Shown here one piece after another: positions 40,782 through 50,375 of a DNA stretch of 64,000 bases. The DNA comes from Candidatus Omnitrophota bacterium (GTDB taxonomy: Bacteria > Omnitrophota > Gorgyraeia > Zapsychrales > Fredricksoniimonadaceae). Under the pieces are notes generated by a model. That model saw nothing but the letters and a program-made list of their open reading frames with translations. It searched no databases and was not told where the DNA came from. Within the stretch, counting starts at the first letter, position 1, and the number at the start of each line of letters is the position of its first letter. The DNA lies in the NCBI GenBank assembly GCA_903908245.1, contig CAIVRE010000033.1:18172-82171 (forward strand), given 5' to 3'. Both the position numbers and the translations under genes were made by a program.

Positions 40782-41564
40782 ATGATCAAGCATATTCTTG
40801 TGGCGGATGATGAGCGGGGTACGGCGCTTTTGTTGTCACGGCGTCTGGAGAAATGCGGTTATCGGGTGACGGTTGTTGGCGATGGAGTTGAGGCCATTGA
40901 GTTCCTTAACACCAACAAGGTTGACCTGCTTATTACCGATGTCGTCATGCCCCGTATGGATGGCGTGGACCTTTATATGGAGCTGAAGGACCGCCCGGAT
41001 ACCATGGACATGCCTGTTATTATCATGACTGACAAGGAGGTGTTCCAGGAGTCTTTTGCGGCCCTTGGCGTGGAACTTTTCTCGCCCAAACCGAGCAATT
41101 TCGATTCGCTTTTGGAAAAGATCAAAAAGGTCGAACAGAAAGTAACGGAAAATCGCCGGTATAATAAGGTTGTTGTTATTGGACAAAAAGTCGATGTCCT
41201 TGAGGAAATGCGCCAGCAACTGCTTACGTGCGACTGTATCGTGGCGACGGTTTCAAGCATTATCGAGATCGGCCTGCGTTGTTTTCTGGTTAATCCGCGG
41301 ATAGTCTTTTTGGACGTCTTCACTCATGATTACGCGACAACCCAGGAGATCGTTAAATCGCTGCGCGCGTACGCGTTCTTCAAGAATACGGTCATTCTGC
41401 TTTATTCGACCGAGGCATCTGAAGAGGCAGGAAAAGGGCCTCAGATGTCTGCCATGGACGTCGCGATCAAGGATTGTCTGGACGCAGGTGCGACCCGATA
41501 TATCGGTCGTTTTTATTCTGCTAATTTTTTGGCACAACTCAAGGATTTCGGGGTTTCAAAATAA
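40782..41564 (+). CDS. Response regulator with two receiver(-like) domains and no output domain
   Basis: ILVADDE, DLLITDVVMPRMDG, PVIIMT, PKP; second REC-like unit (IVFLDV, VILLYS, CLDAGATRYI). Confidence 0.8.
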   Translation: MIKHILVADDERGTALLLSRRLEKCGYRVTVVGDGVEAIEFLNTNKVDLLITDVVMPRMDGVDLYMELKDRPDTMDMPVIIMTDKEVFQESFAALGVELFSPKPSNFDSLLEKIKKVEQKVTENRRYNKVVVIGQKVDVLEEMRQQLLTCDCIVATVSSIIEIGLRCFLVNPRIVFLDVFTHDYATTQEIVKSLRAYAFFKNTVILLYSTEASEEAGKGPQMSAMDVAIKDCLDAGATRYIGRFYSANFLAQLKDFGVSK

Positions 41565-41658
41565 TATTCGGTGCATTCAACGATATCCCCTCCGTGTTGG
41601 TTCCTGCCCAATGGAAGTATTTTTTTGAACGGGTTAACTGTTCCTTCAGAATGAAAAA

Positions 41659-41678
41659 ATAGTTGACAAGTCAACTAT
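41659..41678. promoter_or_regulatory. Palindromic operator overlapping TTGACA -35 of the marR promoter
   Basis: ATAGTTGAC-aa-GTCAACTAT perfect inverted repeat. Confidence 0.75.
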
Positions 41679-41715
41679 ATGGTGGTATCCTTCAAGAAGA
41701 AAAGAGGGAGGGACT

Positions 41716-42186
41716 ATGGATGATCTGCAGGCGTTCGGAATAGAGGCGGGCAAGGGGCGGTATGATGAAGAAGGTTTTTACGGGTTGGTCCTTGTTTATA
41801 CCGTTCTCTTTAATAAAGTGGCCAAAACCCTGGATGCGTTCGGCCTGACGCCTGCCAAAATGAATGTTTTAATGATCATCAAGCATCAGGGCGGTGAGGC
41901 GGGGTTGAGCCAGCGCGAGATCGGCCGGTGCCTGATGGTTACGGCGTCGAACATGACGCGCCTTTTGGACAAGCTTGAGATCGAAAAGTTGATCGAACGC
42001 TCCGGCAGGGAGGGGGACAGGCGGGTCAAGGTGGTCCGGGTTTCCAGGCGGGGGTCGCAATTGCTTGATGATGCGTGGCCGGGATATATGAAGACAATGA
42101 AAAGCGCTATGGGAAAACTTTCGCAGGCAGAGCAGAAAATGCTGGCAGGGCTTATGTTCCGGTGGTTTCGTGATCTGAAGGGGTGA
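41716..42186 (+). CDS. MarR family transcriptional regulator
   Basis: GLTPAKMNVL, LSQREIG, SNMTRLLDKLE, DRRVKVV. Confidence 0.92.
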   Translation: MDDLQAFGIEAGKGRYDEEGFYGLVLVYTVLFNKVAKTLDAFGLTPAKMNVLMIIKHQGGEAGLSQREIGRCLMVTASNMTRLLDKLEIEKLIERSGREGDRRVKVVRVSRRGSQLLDDAWPGYMKTMKSAMGKLSQAEQKMLAGLMFRWFRDLKG

Positions 42187-42202
42187 GATGTTTTTTAGGC
42201 AT

Positions 42203-42222
42203 ATAGTTGATATGTTAACTAT
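42203..42222. promoter_or_regulatory. Second copy of the MarR-type operator
   Basis: ATAGTTGATATGTTAACTAT, matching 41659-41678. Confidence 0.7.
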
Positions 42223-42246
42223 TTATACAGAAAAAGGAGGTGCACG

Positions 42247-42399
42247 ATGAAAGAATTTTGGAGTAATGCCGGGGTGGTTCTTTTTGTGGTTGCGGCTCTT
42301 TTTCTTGGGTGGGGGAGCATTATCCGGATGTTGAATGGGGCAGCTTTTTCTGGATATTATCAACCGCAGGGTTATTATATGATAATGGCGCGCATGTAA
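42247..42399 (+). CDS. Small (50 aa) single-TM protein
   Basis: Strong AGGAGG RBS; MKEFWSNAGVVLFVVAALFLGWGSIIRMLNGAAFSGYYQPQGYYMIMARM. Confidence 0.6.
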   Translation: MKEFWSNAGVVLFVVAALFLGWGSIIRMLNGAAFSGYYQPQGYYMIMARM

Positions 42400-42436
42400 T
42401 TACGGGATAAAGTCATTTAAGGTCATGGAGGGTTTT

Positions 42437-45400
42437 ATGGACAAGACGTGCCGGTCAGGCGCATTTAAAGCGTTATTGACAGCGCAATTTATGGGCGCGG
42501 TGACAGACAGCTTGCTTAAGGTGGTCGTTTCACTTTATGCCATTCAGATATTATTGTCTTCGGAAGATGCGACGCGCGCGGTAAGTATTGTTGGCGTTCT
42601 CTATATTCTGCCGTATGTGTTCTTTGCTCCTTTTGCCGGTTATTTGGCGGACCGTTTTTATAAACGCAGCGTTATTATCATTATGGGCCTGGTCAAGATC
42701 GTGTTCGCGTTATTGGCCGCCTGGGCTTTATGGACCGGGGATTTGTGGTTCCTGTGCGGGACATTGTTCCTGTTCATGGTGGACAGTGCGCTTTTCAGCC
42801 CGGCGAAACTCGGGATCCTTCCGGAGATGTTAAAAGAGGAAGAACTTTCCAAAGGCAACGGATATGTTCAGCTGGTTTCATTTGTCGGGATCATTTTAGG
42901 GACAGCGACGGGCGGCGTATTGTTCAAGATGATCAATGCGCATTTGTATTATATCGGGCTTTTAATGGGGGTGCTGTCCTTGATCAGTTTCGCGGTCAGT
43001 TTTGCCATTCGTTCCGAGCGGCCGCAACAGATCGCGCAACAGGGTTTTCTTTCTGGGACATGGAGCGCTCTCACCGGGGTCCGCAAAGACACCGGTTTGT
43101 TCCTGACCATGATGGCGCTGGCATTCTTTAATTTTCTCGGCGCGGTATTCCAGATGAATATTTTGATCTATGGCGCTCATGTTCTTTTGGTCGACCAGGT
43201 CCATATCAGTATTTTATTGGTCGCTGTTTCTCTGGGGATCGCGGCCGGGAGTGTGCTGGCAGGCGGGGCTTCGGAAGGCAAGGTGGAGCTCGGGCTTGTG
43301 CCGCTGGGCGCGATGGGGATCACGGGGATGTCCTTTCTGCTCGGGTTTGGCGGGAATTTCTATGCGGCACTGGGGATGCTTTTTGTCCTGGGCGTGTGCG
43401 CGGGGTTCTATACTGTTCCGCTCAATGCGTTCTTTCAACAGTACAGCCCAAAGGCAGAGCGCGGGCAGTATTTGTCGGTTCTTAATATGGTTTCGTCGTG
43501 CGGGTCTCTTCTGGCCGGAGGGTTTTTATGGTATTGCGGAGGGCAGCTGGCGATCAGTTCCGACAAGATCTTTTGGATCGTGGGCGGGTTGTCGCTTATT
43601 GCAACGGTTTATATCCTGTTGACACTTCCGATCGCTTTGGTGCGGCTGGTGAACTGGGTGATCGCGCATGCTGTTTACAAGTTGCGTGTGCTTAATAGCC
43701 AGCAGGTCCCGGAAGAGGGCGGGGCGCTGCTTATTGCCAATCATATTTCCTATGTGGACGCGATCCTGATATTGGCGGCGTTGAAGCGCCCGGTCCGTTT
43801 TATCATGTATCGCAGGATATATGAATTGCCGTTCGTCAGTTTTTTTGGCCGTGTGCTCAAGGCCATTCCGATCGATCGTGACGGGGGGCCCAAAGCGATC
43901 GCGCGCGCGTTGGCGGAGGCCCGTGAGGCGATCGCGAACGGGGAGCTTGTATGTATCTTCCCCGAGGGAGTGCTGACGCGCACGGGCAATATGCTCCCCT
44001 TTAATAAGGGGTTCGAGCACATTATGAAAGGCTTAAGCGCACCTATCATTCCGCTGTATCTTGATAATATTTGGGGAAGTATTTATTCTTTCGCCAATGG
44101 AAAATATTTCTGGAAGATCCCGCGTTTTACGCAGTATCCGGTATCCATTGTTTTCGGCAAGCCCATGGCCGGCGCGTCTAAAGTGCATGAGGTGCGGCAG
44201 GTAGTCCAGGAACTGGGCGCGGAGGCGAGTATTTTGCGCGGCGCATGGCGCAAGAAGTTGCACCTGGCATTTATCGACGAGGTCAAGCGTCATCCGTTCA
44301 AGTTTTGCATGGCGGATTCCATGGGCGCGCGGTTCACTTATCCCAAAGTTTTTTCCGCGGCTGTTGCCTTGTCGAAGGTCCTGCTGCCGGCTAACCGCAT
44401 GCCTATGGAAACCAATGAAATGGTGGGCGTCCTTTTGCCGTCGTCGTCGATGGCGGCCATTGCCAATATTGCGGTTTCCTTTGCCGGAAAGGTCCCGGTC
44501 AACCTGAATTTTACCTTGTCTGCAGAAGCATTTGATTCCTGCATCAAGCAGTGCCGGATGCGGATGATCATCACCTCCCGGGCATTCCTGGAGAAGACAG
44601 GGATCGTGGCGCGGCCGGAGATGGTTTTTCTGGAAGAGATCAAACAGAAAATAAGCCCGCTTAAGGCAGGGGTATATTTCCTGGCGGCGCTGCTTTTTCC
44701 GAAATGGTTATTGACCGGCATGTTCGTCCGCGGGGACAAGATGAACGTGGATGATGTTGCGACCGTCATATTTTCCAGCGGATCGACCGGTGAGCCCAAG
44801 GGGGTCCTGTTGACCCACGCGAATATTTTTTCAAATATCGAGGGCCTGTATCAGATCTTTAATATCCGTCAGAACGATGTGGTGGTGTCGGCCCTGCCTT
44901 TGTTCCATTCATTGGGGTTTACGGCCACCTTGTGTTTCCCCGTCGGGACTGCCCTGGGGGTTGTTTACCATACCAATCCCCTGGATGCCGGGACCATCGG
45001 GAAGCTTGTGGAGAAATATAAAGGGACCATTTTAATGGGGACCCCGACCTTTATGTCCGCGTATGTGAAGAAATGTTCGAAAGAGCAATTTGCGTCAGTA
45101 CGTCTGGCGGTTGTTGGCGCCGAGAAGTTAAAAGAGCCGCTGGCGAAGGCGTTTGAGGAGAAGTTCGGCGTGATGCCGTTCGAAGGCTATGGCGCAACCG
45201 AATTGTCGCCGATCGTGACGGTCGGGTTCCCTGATTATATGACGGATGAATCGCTGGAACATCAGGTTGGCAACAAGTTCGGTAAGGTCGGCCATCCGAT
45301 CCCCGGCGTTGCGGTCAAGGTGGTTGATCCGGACACGTTCGCGACCAAGGGGCCTAATGAGGACGGCTTGCTTCTGGTCAAGGGTGCGAATGTGATGAGG

Positions 45401-45847
45401 GGGTATCTGAACAATCCCGCGAAGACCATGGAGGTCATGAGGGACGGCTGGTATATTACAGGCGACATCGCAACCATTGACGAGGACGGATTCATCAAGA
45501 TCACGGACCGGTTAAGCCGGTTCAGCAAGATCGGCGGCGAGATGGTCCCTCATATCAAGGTGGAAGAAAACATTATGGAAGTGCTGGGCGCGACCGATCC
45601 GGTGATCGCGGTGGCGTCGGTCGCGGATGAGAAAAAAGGCGAGCGGCTGGTCGTGCTTCATACTGTGGATATGGATGTTGATGCGGTTTGTGAGGCTCTT
45701 GGCAGAAAAGGCATTCCCAATTTATGGATACCGAAGAAGGACAGTTTTTATCGTGTTGAGGCGATCCCGGCCCTTGGGACGGGCAAGACGGATATCAAAG
45801 GCGTCAAGTCGCTGGCGCAGAAATTGACGGAGGGGCCGCATGCGTAA
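42437..45847 (+). CDS. aas: LplT-Aas fusion: MFS lysophospholipid transporter + acyltransferase + acyl-ACP synthetase
   Basis: MFS TMs (AGYLADRF, SPAKLGILPE), NHISYVD, IFPEG, FSSGSTGEPKG, EGYGATE, WYITGD, RFSKIGGEMVP. Confidence 0.93.
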   Translation: MDKTCRSGAFKALLTAQFMGAVTDSLLKVVVSLYAIQILLSSEDATRAVSIVGVLYILPYVFFAPFAGYLADRFYKRSVIIIMGLVKIVFALLAAWALWTGDLWFLCGTLFLFMVDSALFSPAKLGILPEMLKEEELSKGNGYVQLVSFVGIILGTATGGVLFKMINAHLYYIGLLMGVLSLISFAVSFAIRSERPQQIAQQGFLSGTWSALTGVRKDTGLFLTMMALAFFNFLGAVFQMNILIYGAHVLLVDQVHISILLVAVSLGIAAGSVLAGGASEGKVELGLVPLGAMGITGMSFLLGFGGNFYAALGMLFVLGVCAGFYTVPLNAFFQQYSPKAERGQYLSVLNMVSSCGSLLAGGFLWYCGGQLAISSDKIFWIVGGLSLIATVYILLTLPIALVRLVNWVIAHAVYKLRVLNSQQVPEEGGALLIANHISYVDAILILAALKRPVRFIMYRRIYELPFVSFFGRVLKAIPIDRDGGPKAIARALAEAREAIANGELVCIFPEGVLTRTGNMLPFNKGFEHIMKGLSAPIIPLYLDNIWGSIYSFANGKYFWKIPRFTQYPVSIVFGKPMAGASKVHEVRQVVQELGAEASILRGAWRKKLHLAFIDEVKRHPFKFCMADSMGARFTYPKVFSAAVALSKVLLPANRMPMETNEMVGVLLPSSSMAAIANIAVSFAGKVPVNLNFTLSAEAFDSCIKQCRMRMIITSRAFLEKTGIVARPEMVFLEEIKQKISPLKAGVYFLAALLFPKWLLTGMFVRGDKMNVDDVATVIFSSGSTGEPKGVLLTHANIFSNIEGLYQIFNIRQNDVVVSALPLFHSLGFTATLCFPVGTALGVVYHTNPLDAGTIGKLVEKYKGTILMGTPTFMSAYVKKCSKEQFASVRLAVVGAEKLKEPLAKAFEEKFGVMPFEGYGATELSPIVTVGFPDYMTDESLEHQVGNKFGKVGHPIPGVAVKVVDPDTFATKGPNEDGLLLVKGANVMRGYLNNPAKTMEVMRDGWYITGDIATIDEDGFIKITDRLSRFSKIGGEMVPHIKVEENIMEVLGATDPVIAVASVADEKKGERLVVLHTVDMDVDAVCEALGRKGIPNLWIPKKDSFYRVEAIPALGTGKTDIKGVKSLAQKLTEGPHA

Positions 45848-46571
45848 TGTCACGCTGAGGACAAATGACGATCATCGTATCGAGGCGGTGCATCATGAGG
45901 GCGGGTTCCGGAAGGCCGTGATCCTGGCGCACGGGTTCTTTAATGCCAAGGACGCGTATCTTTTCCGTGAGATCGCGAAGTCGCTCGCTGTTCATTATGA
46001 TGTGGTGGCATTTGATTTTCGCGGCCACGGGAAGAGCTCCGGGCTTTTCACGTGGACGACCAAAGAGTGCGCCGACCTGCAGGCCGTGATCGGATATGTA
46101 AAAAGCTGCGGCTATGACGCGATCGGGTTGATAGGGTTTTCTTTGGGCGCCGCGATCAGCCTGATCGAGGCGGCACAGAATCCTGACATCAAGACCGTGA
46201 TCGCGGTCAGCGCTCCGTATGATTTCTGGAAGATCGACTATCAGTTCTGGAAGCCCGCGATGCTCGACGACCTGAAGTTGAATTTGGGTTATAAAGCCAA
46301 GGGTAAAGGCGTGCGCCCAAGCCACCCGTGGGGGCCGAAGGTTGCGCCGATCGATATTGTTGACCGTATAGCGCCCCGGCCTGTTTTGTTCCTTCATGGG
46401 GCAGAAGACTGGCTTATCAATGTTCGTCACAGCCGGGAGTTGTATAAGAAAGCCAAAGAGCCGAAAAAGCTCGTGATCCTTGAAAAGGCCGGCCATGCCG
46501 AGACGATGTACGATCAGCAGTCGGAACAATTCATGAAGCCTTGTTTGGAATGGCTGGAAGCCACATTGTGA
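45840..46571 (+). CDS. Alpha/beta hydrolase
   Basis: LAHGF, DFRGHGKS, GFSLG nucleophile elbow, HGAED, AGH. Confidence 0.9.
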   Translation: MRNVTLRTNDDHRIEAVHHEGGFRKAVILAHGFFNAKDAYLFREIAKSLAVHYDVVAFDFRGHGKSSGLFTWTTKECADLQAVIGYVKSCGYDAIGLIGFSLGAAISLIEAAQNPDIKTVIAVSAPYDFWKIDYQFWKPAMLDDLKLNLGYKAKGKGVRPSHPWGPKVAPIDIVDRIAPRPVLFLHGAEDWLINVRHSRELYKKAKEPKKLVILEKAGHAETMYDQQSEQFMKPCLEWLEATL

Positions 46572-46578
46572 ACGAAAA

Positions 46579-46764
46579 CACGGAAAGGTTTATCTGTGAG
46601 CAATCAGATGATTTTCGGCAAAAGCCTCCGAAGATTTACGGCAAAATGTAGGCATCATCGACTCGCCTTTGTAAGACTTGAAGCGAGGGCGATGTGCGCT
46701 TTACATTTTGACGTAAACTGAAGGAGGCGGCGAAAATCATCGCGAACAGATAAACCTTTCCGTG
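46579..46764. mobile_element. MITE-like foldback element (186 nt, 19-bp perfect terminal inverted repeats)
   Basis: CACGGAAAGGTTTATCTGT...ACAGATAAACCTTTCCGTG, with nested internal IRs (ATGATTTTCG/CGAAAATCAT, TTTACGGCAAAATGTA/TACATTTTGACGTAAA). Confidence 0.75.
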
Positions 46765-46795
46765 GGAGTTCATACATACAATGAAAGGACGATTT

Positions 46796-47521
46796 ATGAA
46801 ATGGTTTTTGACATCGCTTGTTCAGTTGCTGTTCGCGCTATTCATGTATCTGATGGGGTCGGTATTTTTCGGCGCGGCGCTGGTCCCCGGGCTGGCACTG
46901 ATATTTAAAGTGTGGGGCGCTACGGCCGCGATGATGCCGCTGTTGCGGTTATTTTGTGTGGGCACGGCCGTGGCGCTGGGGTTCTTTATTTTCGGCCTGA
47001 CGCTTATTTTGCTGGTCGGGCTCTTTCGTACGGCGCTTCAGTTGAAATTGAAAGAAGGCACACACCATTTGTTTTCCGGTGAAGCCATGAAATGGGCTTT
47101 TCTCAGTTCGCTGTTCCTGATGATCCATTACACGTTCATTGATTTTATCCTGCTGACGCCTTTCGCGAATATCCTGTTCCGCCTGCTGGGCGCGAATCTG
47201 GGGAAGAATGTGCAGTTCAATTCTAAATATGTTTTTGACGCAACTTTGCTTGAGATCGGCGATAACACGGTTGTCGGCGGCGGGGCGATCATCAATTGCC
47301 ATATTGTCGAGAGGGCCTCGTTAAAACTGAAGAAAGTAAAGATCGGCAGTAATGTCCTGCTCGGGTCTCATTGTACGGTCATGCCCGGTTGTGTGATCGG
47401 GGACCGGGCCATCATTGCGGCCGGGACCATTGTTCCCAAGAACACGGTCGTTCCTCCGCGGACGGTCTATGCGGGGCGGGAACACGAGATCAAGAAGGAT
47501 GTCGAGAAAGGAGTTCTATGA
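46796..47521 (+). CDS. Membrane-anchored hexapeptide-repeat (LbH) acyltransferase-like protein
   Basis: N-terminal TMs, then LLGANLGKNV, IGDNTVVGGGA, IGSNVLLG, IGDRAIIAAG. Confidence 0.8.
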   Translation: MKWFLTSLVQLLFALFMYLMGSVFFGAALVPGLALIFKVWGATAAMMPLLRLFCVGTAVALGFFIFGLTLILLVGLFRTALQLKLKEGTHHLFSGEAMKWAFLSSLFLMIHYTFIDFILLTPFANILFRLLGANLGKNVQFNSKYVFDATLLEIGDNTVVGGGAIINCHIVERASLKLKKVKIGSNVLLGSHCTVMPGCVIGDRAIIAAGTIVPKNTVVPPRTVYAGREHEIKKDVEKGVL

Positions 47522-48828
47522 ATATTAAAGCGGTGCAATGGCTTTATCAGGAGCTGCCGGGCCTGGTCAGCAAGGGAGTCCTCGCGCAATCGGCGGCGGA
47601 CAAGCTGCATGAGCATTACGGGGAGATCCGGGGTGCGGACAGGAAATGGTTCATTATTATTTTGTGCAGTGTTTTGGGAGCGATCCTGATCGGGCTTGGC
47701 ATTATCCTGTTGTTTGCGCACAACTGGGAAGAGCTGTCCCGTCCTGCGCGCGCGGTGCTTTCCCTGTTGCCATTGATCGTCGGGCAGGCGCTGGCGGTGT
47801 GGGTCATTGTTAAAAGGCCGGAGTCCCAGGCATTGAAAGAGGGGGTTGCGACATTTTTAAGCCTGATGGTCGGCGCTTCGCTGGCGCTGATCGCCCAGAC
47901 TTATAACATCCCCAATGATACGCCGGCCTTTATATTGACGTGGATGCTGCTCATTGTTCCTTTGGTGTATTTCATGGAGGCAACGATCCCCGCCGTGATC
48001 TATGTTATCGGTATTGCATCGTGGGCCGGGTATTTCTGGTATGAGCCGCTGAAAGGTTTCTGTTTCTGGCCGCTTTTGGCGGTTGTTATCCCTCATTTTA
48101 TCTGGTCGCTGAAGCAGGAGAAATATACCATTCGGGTGGCGATCCTGGCTTTGGTCATGGCGGTGGGTGTTTGTGTCGGGGCCGGATTTACTTTAGGCAG
48201 GACCTGGGGAGGGTCCTGGATCGTGATCCATTCGAGCCTGATCACGCTGTTTTATCTTCTGGGCGCGTGGGAGTTTAAAGATTGTTCGACGAATTGGCAA
48301 AGGCCTTTTCAGGTTTTGGGGGGTCTGGGTATTTTTATCCTGATGTTTTTCCTGACATTCCGGTTCCCGTGGGAATCGATCACGGGAAGATATTCGTATG
48401 GCGTGAATGAAATATCAACATGGTCTGCGGTCCCGGACCATCTGCTGACATTTTTGCTGGTGGGTGGCGCGTTGTTAATGTTTTTTCAATACGCCAAGAG
48501 GGAGGACTGGATGAGGACGTGCTTTGGCGCATTGCCTTTGCTCGCCCTGATCGGGTACGCCTTTTGCGGAACATCCGCGGTTTTCCCCATGTTGTTGTTC
48601 AACGGATACCTGCTTTTCGTCAGTGTTTTTCGCCTGATGACGGGAATACGGACCAATAATCTGGGTGTGGTCAATACAGGCATGCTTATGTTGTCGTTTT
48701 TGGTTTTGGCAAGATTTTTCGACAGTGATATCAATTTTATAGTTAAAGGACTGGTTTTTATTGTTATTGGCATCGGTTTTCTGGTGACCAATGTTGTGAT
48801 CTTGCGTCGTAAAGGAGGTACGGCATGA
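47518..48828 (+). CDS. DUF2157 family membrane protein
   Basis: WLYQELP...LGAILIGLGIILLFAHNWEELSR...GASLALIAQTYNI. Confidence 0.82.
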   Translation: MNIKAVQWLYQELPGLVSKGVLAQSAADKLHEHYGEIRGADRKWFIIILCSVLGAILIGLGIILLFAHNWEELSRPARAVLSLLPLIVGQALAVWVIVKRPESQALKEGVATFLSLMVGASLALIAQTYNIPNDTPAFILTWMLLIVPLVYFMEATIPAVIYVIGIASWAGYFWYEPLKGFCFWPLLAVVIPHFIWSLKQEKYTIRVAILALVMAVGVCVGAGFTLGRTWGGSWIVIHSSLITLFYLLGAWEFKDCSTNWQRPFQVLGGLGIFILMFFLTFRFPWESITGRYSYGVNEISTWSAVPDHLLTFLLVGGALLMFFQYAKREDWMRTCFGALPLLALIGYAFCGTSAVFPMLLFNGYLLFVSVFRLMTGIRTNNLGVVNTGMLMLSFLVLARFFDSDINFIVKGLVFIVIGIGFLVTNVVILRRKGGTA

Positions 48829-49379
48829 AAAAATACTGGACCCTTGGTCTTTTGGCTGGTTTGATGCTGGTGCAGGTTGCGCTTCCGGTATCGATGATCG
48901 CCAAAAGAGAAACAACGCTGAAGTATGGGATGGCTTTCCGGTTTAAAACAGCGCCGGTCGATCCTTATGATGCTTTTCGCGGCCGTTATGTGGCTTTAAG
49001 GGTGGAAGTCAACAAGGTGAACAAGCCCGAGGGCCTGGAGCTGAAGTACGGGCAGAAGGTTTACGCACAGCTGTCTGTTGATGAGAACGGGTTTGCAATG
49101 ATCGCGCAGGTTGCGGTGCAGAAGCCGGGCAGGGGTGCCTATTTGGAGGCCAGGGCCGGGTATTCGCAGAGAGATGAGGTTCAGCTGGATTTGCCGATCG
49201 ACCGTTATTATATGGAAGAGAAGTCGGCTCCCCGTGCGGAGAAGGTTTACCGGGAGCACAGTGTGCGCGGCAAGCAGGATGCGTATGTGGTCGTCAGGGT
49301 CATGGATGGTTTTGCGGTCATCGAAGGGCTTTATATTGACGGCCGAAAAATAGAAGATCTGTTAAGGGCGAAGTCATGA
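48825..49379 (+). CDS. GDYXXLXY domain protein
   Basis: FKTAPVDPYDAFRGRYVAL, IDRYYMEE; typical partner of DUF2157. Confidence 0.85.
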   Translation: MKKYWTLGLLAGLMLVQVALPVSMIAKRETTLKYGMAFRFKTAPVDPYDAFRGRYVALRVEVNKVNKPEGLELKYGQKVYAQLSVDENGFAMIAQVAVQKPGRGAYLEARAGYSQRDEVQLDLPIDRYYMEEKSAPRAEKVYREHSVRGKQDAYVVVRVMDGFAVIEGLYIDGRKIEDLLRAKS

Positions 49380-50365
49380 ATATCGGGTTTTTAAAATATT
49401 TCATCAGGCTTTTACTGGCGGCAGGCGTGAGTGTCTTCTTCGTCGTTGTGACAAGCTTCGGATGGAATTTTTTTTTGCGGCCGCGTCAGGCCATGGCGGA
49501 TGCCGGTTCAACGGCGCAGGGCCTTAAGGAGACAGTTCAATATTTAAGCGGAGAGGTCGGGGTAAGGAACAGGGCGCATTTTGATGCTTTGGAAAAAGCG
49601 GCTCAATATATCGAGCGATCGTTCCGGGAAGCGGGTTTGCCGGCAGAATCCTGGGATTACGAGGTTCAGGGGCAAAGATTCAGTAATATTGTGGCCAAAT
49701 ACAGGACTAATGATTCGCAGGACTATATTCTTGTCGGCGCTCATTATGATTCCTGTTTTAATCCGGGGGCGGATGACAATGCGTCGGGTGTAGCGGGGGT
49801 ATTGTCGCTGGCAAGGTCGTTGAAGAGGGAGCGTCTGGGGTCAAATGTTCTTTTTGTGGCGTTCACCAATGAAGAACCGCCATTCTTTCAGACGTCCGAT
49901 ATGGGAAGCCGGGTTTTTGTTCTGGCGGCGAAGGAAAGGAAGATCACGGTCAGGAGCGCTGTCATCCTGGAAATGATCGGGTTTTATTCTGACCGGTTGT
50001 TCTCTCAGAAGTATCTGCCGCTGATGGGGCCTTTTTATTCGAACCGGGGTGATTTTATTGCGGTTGTCGGCGATTTTAAGTCAAGAGGCCTGGTGGATGT
50101 TGTTGCCAGGGCGTTGCAAAAGCGCAATATGACCGGGACGGCGGCTATTGTGGCTCCAGGAGGAATGCCGGGGATCAGTTTTTCAGACCATGCTTCATTC
50201 TGGGCGGCAGGAATTCCTGCGGTCATGGTCACGGATACGGCTTATTTGCGAAATCCTTACTATCATCGGCAGACGGATACGGCGGATAAACTTGATTTCC
50301 TCAGGATGGCCGATGTTGTTGAAGGCCTTAAAGGGGCGATCGTCCGTTTAAGCGGGAAGCCTTAA
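49376..50365 (+). CDS. M28 family peptidase
   Basis: VGAHYDS, PGADDNASG, FTNEEPP, LEMIG, SDHASFW, YHRQTDT. Confidence 0.9.
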   Translation: MNIGFLKYFIRLLLAAGVSVFFVVVTSFGWNFFLRPRQAMADAGSTAQGLKETVQYLSGEVGVRNRAHFDALEKAAQYIERSFREAGLPAESWDYEVQGQRFSNIVAKYRTNDSQDYILVGAHYDSCFNPGADDNASGVAGVLSLARSLKRERLGSNVLFVAFTNEEPPFFQTSDMGSRVFVLAAKERKITVRSAVILEMIGFYSDRLFSQKYLPLMGPFYSNRGDFIAVVGDFKSRGLVDVVARALQKRNMTGTAAIVAPGGMPGISFSDHASFWAAGIPAVMVTDTAYLRNPYYHRQTDTADKLDFLRMADVVEGLKGAIVRLSGKP

Positions 50366-50375
50366 TCAAAGCGAG

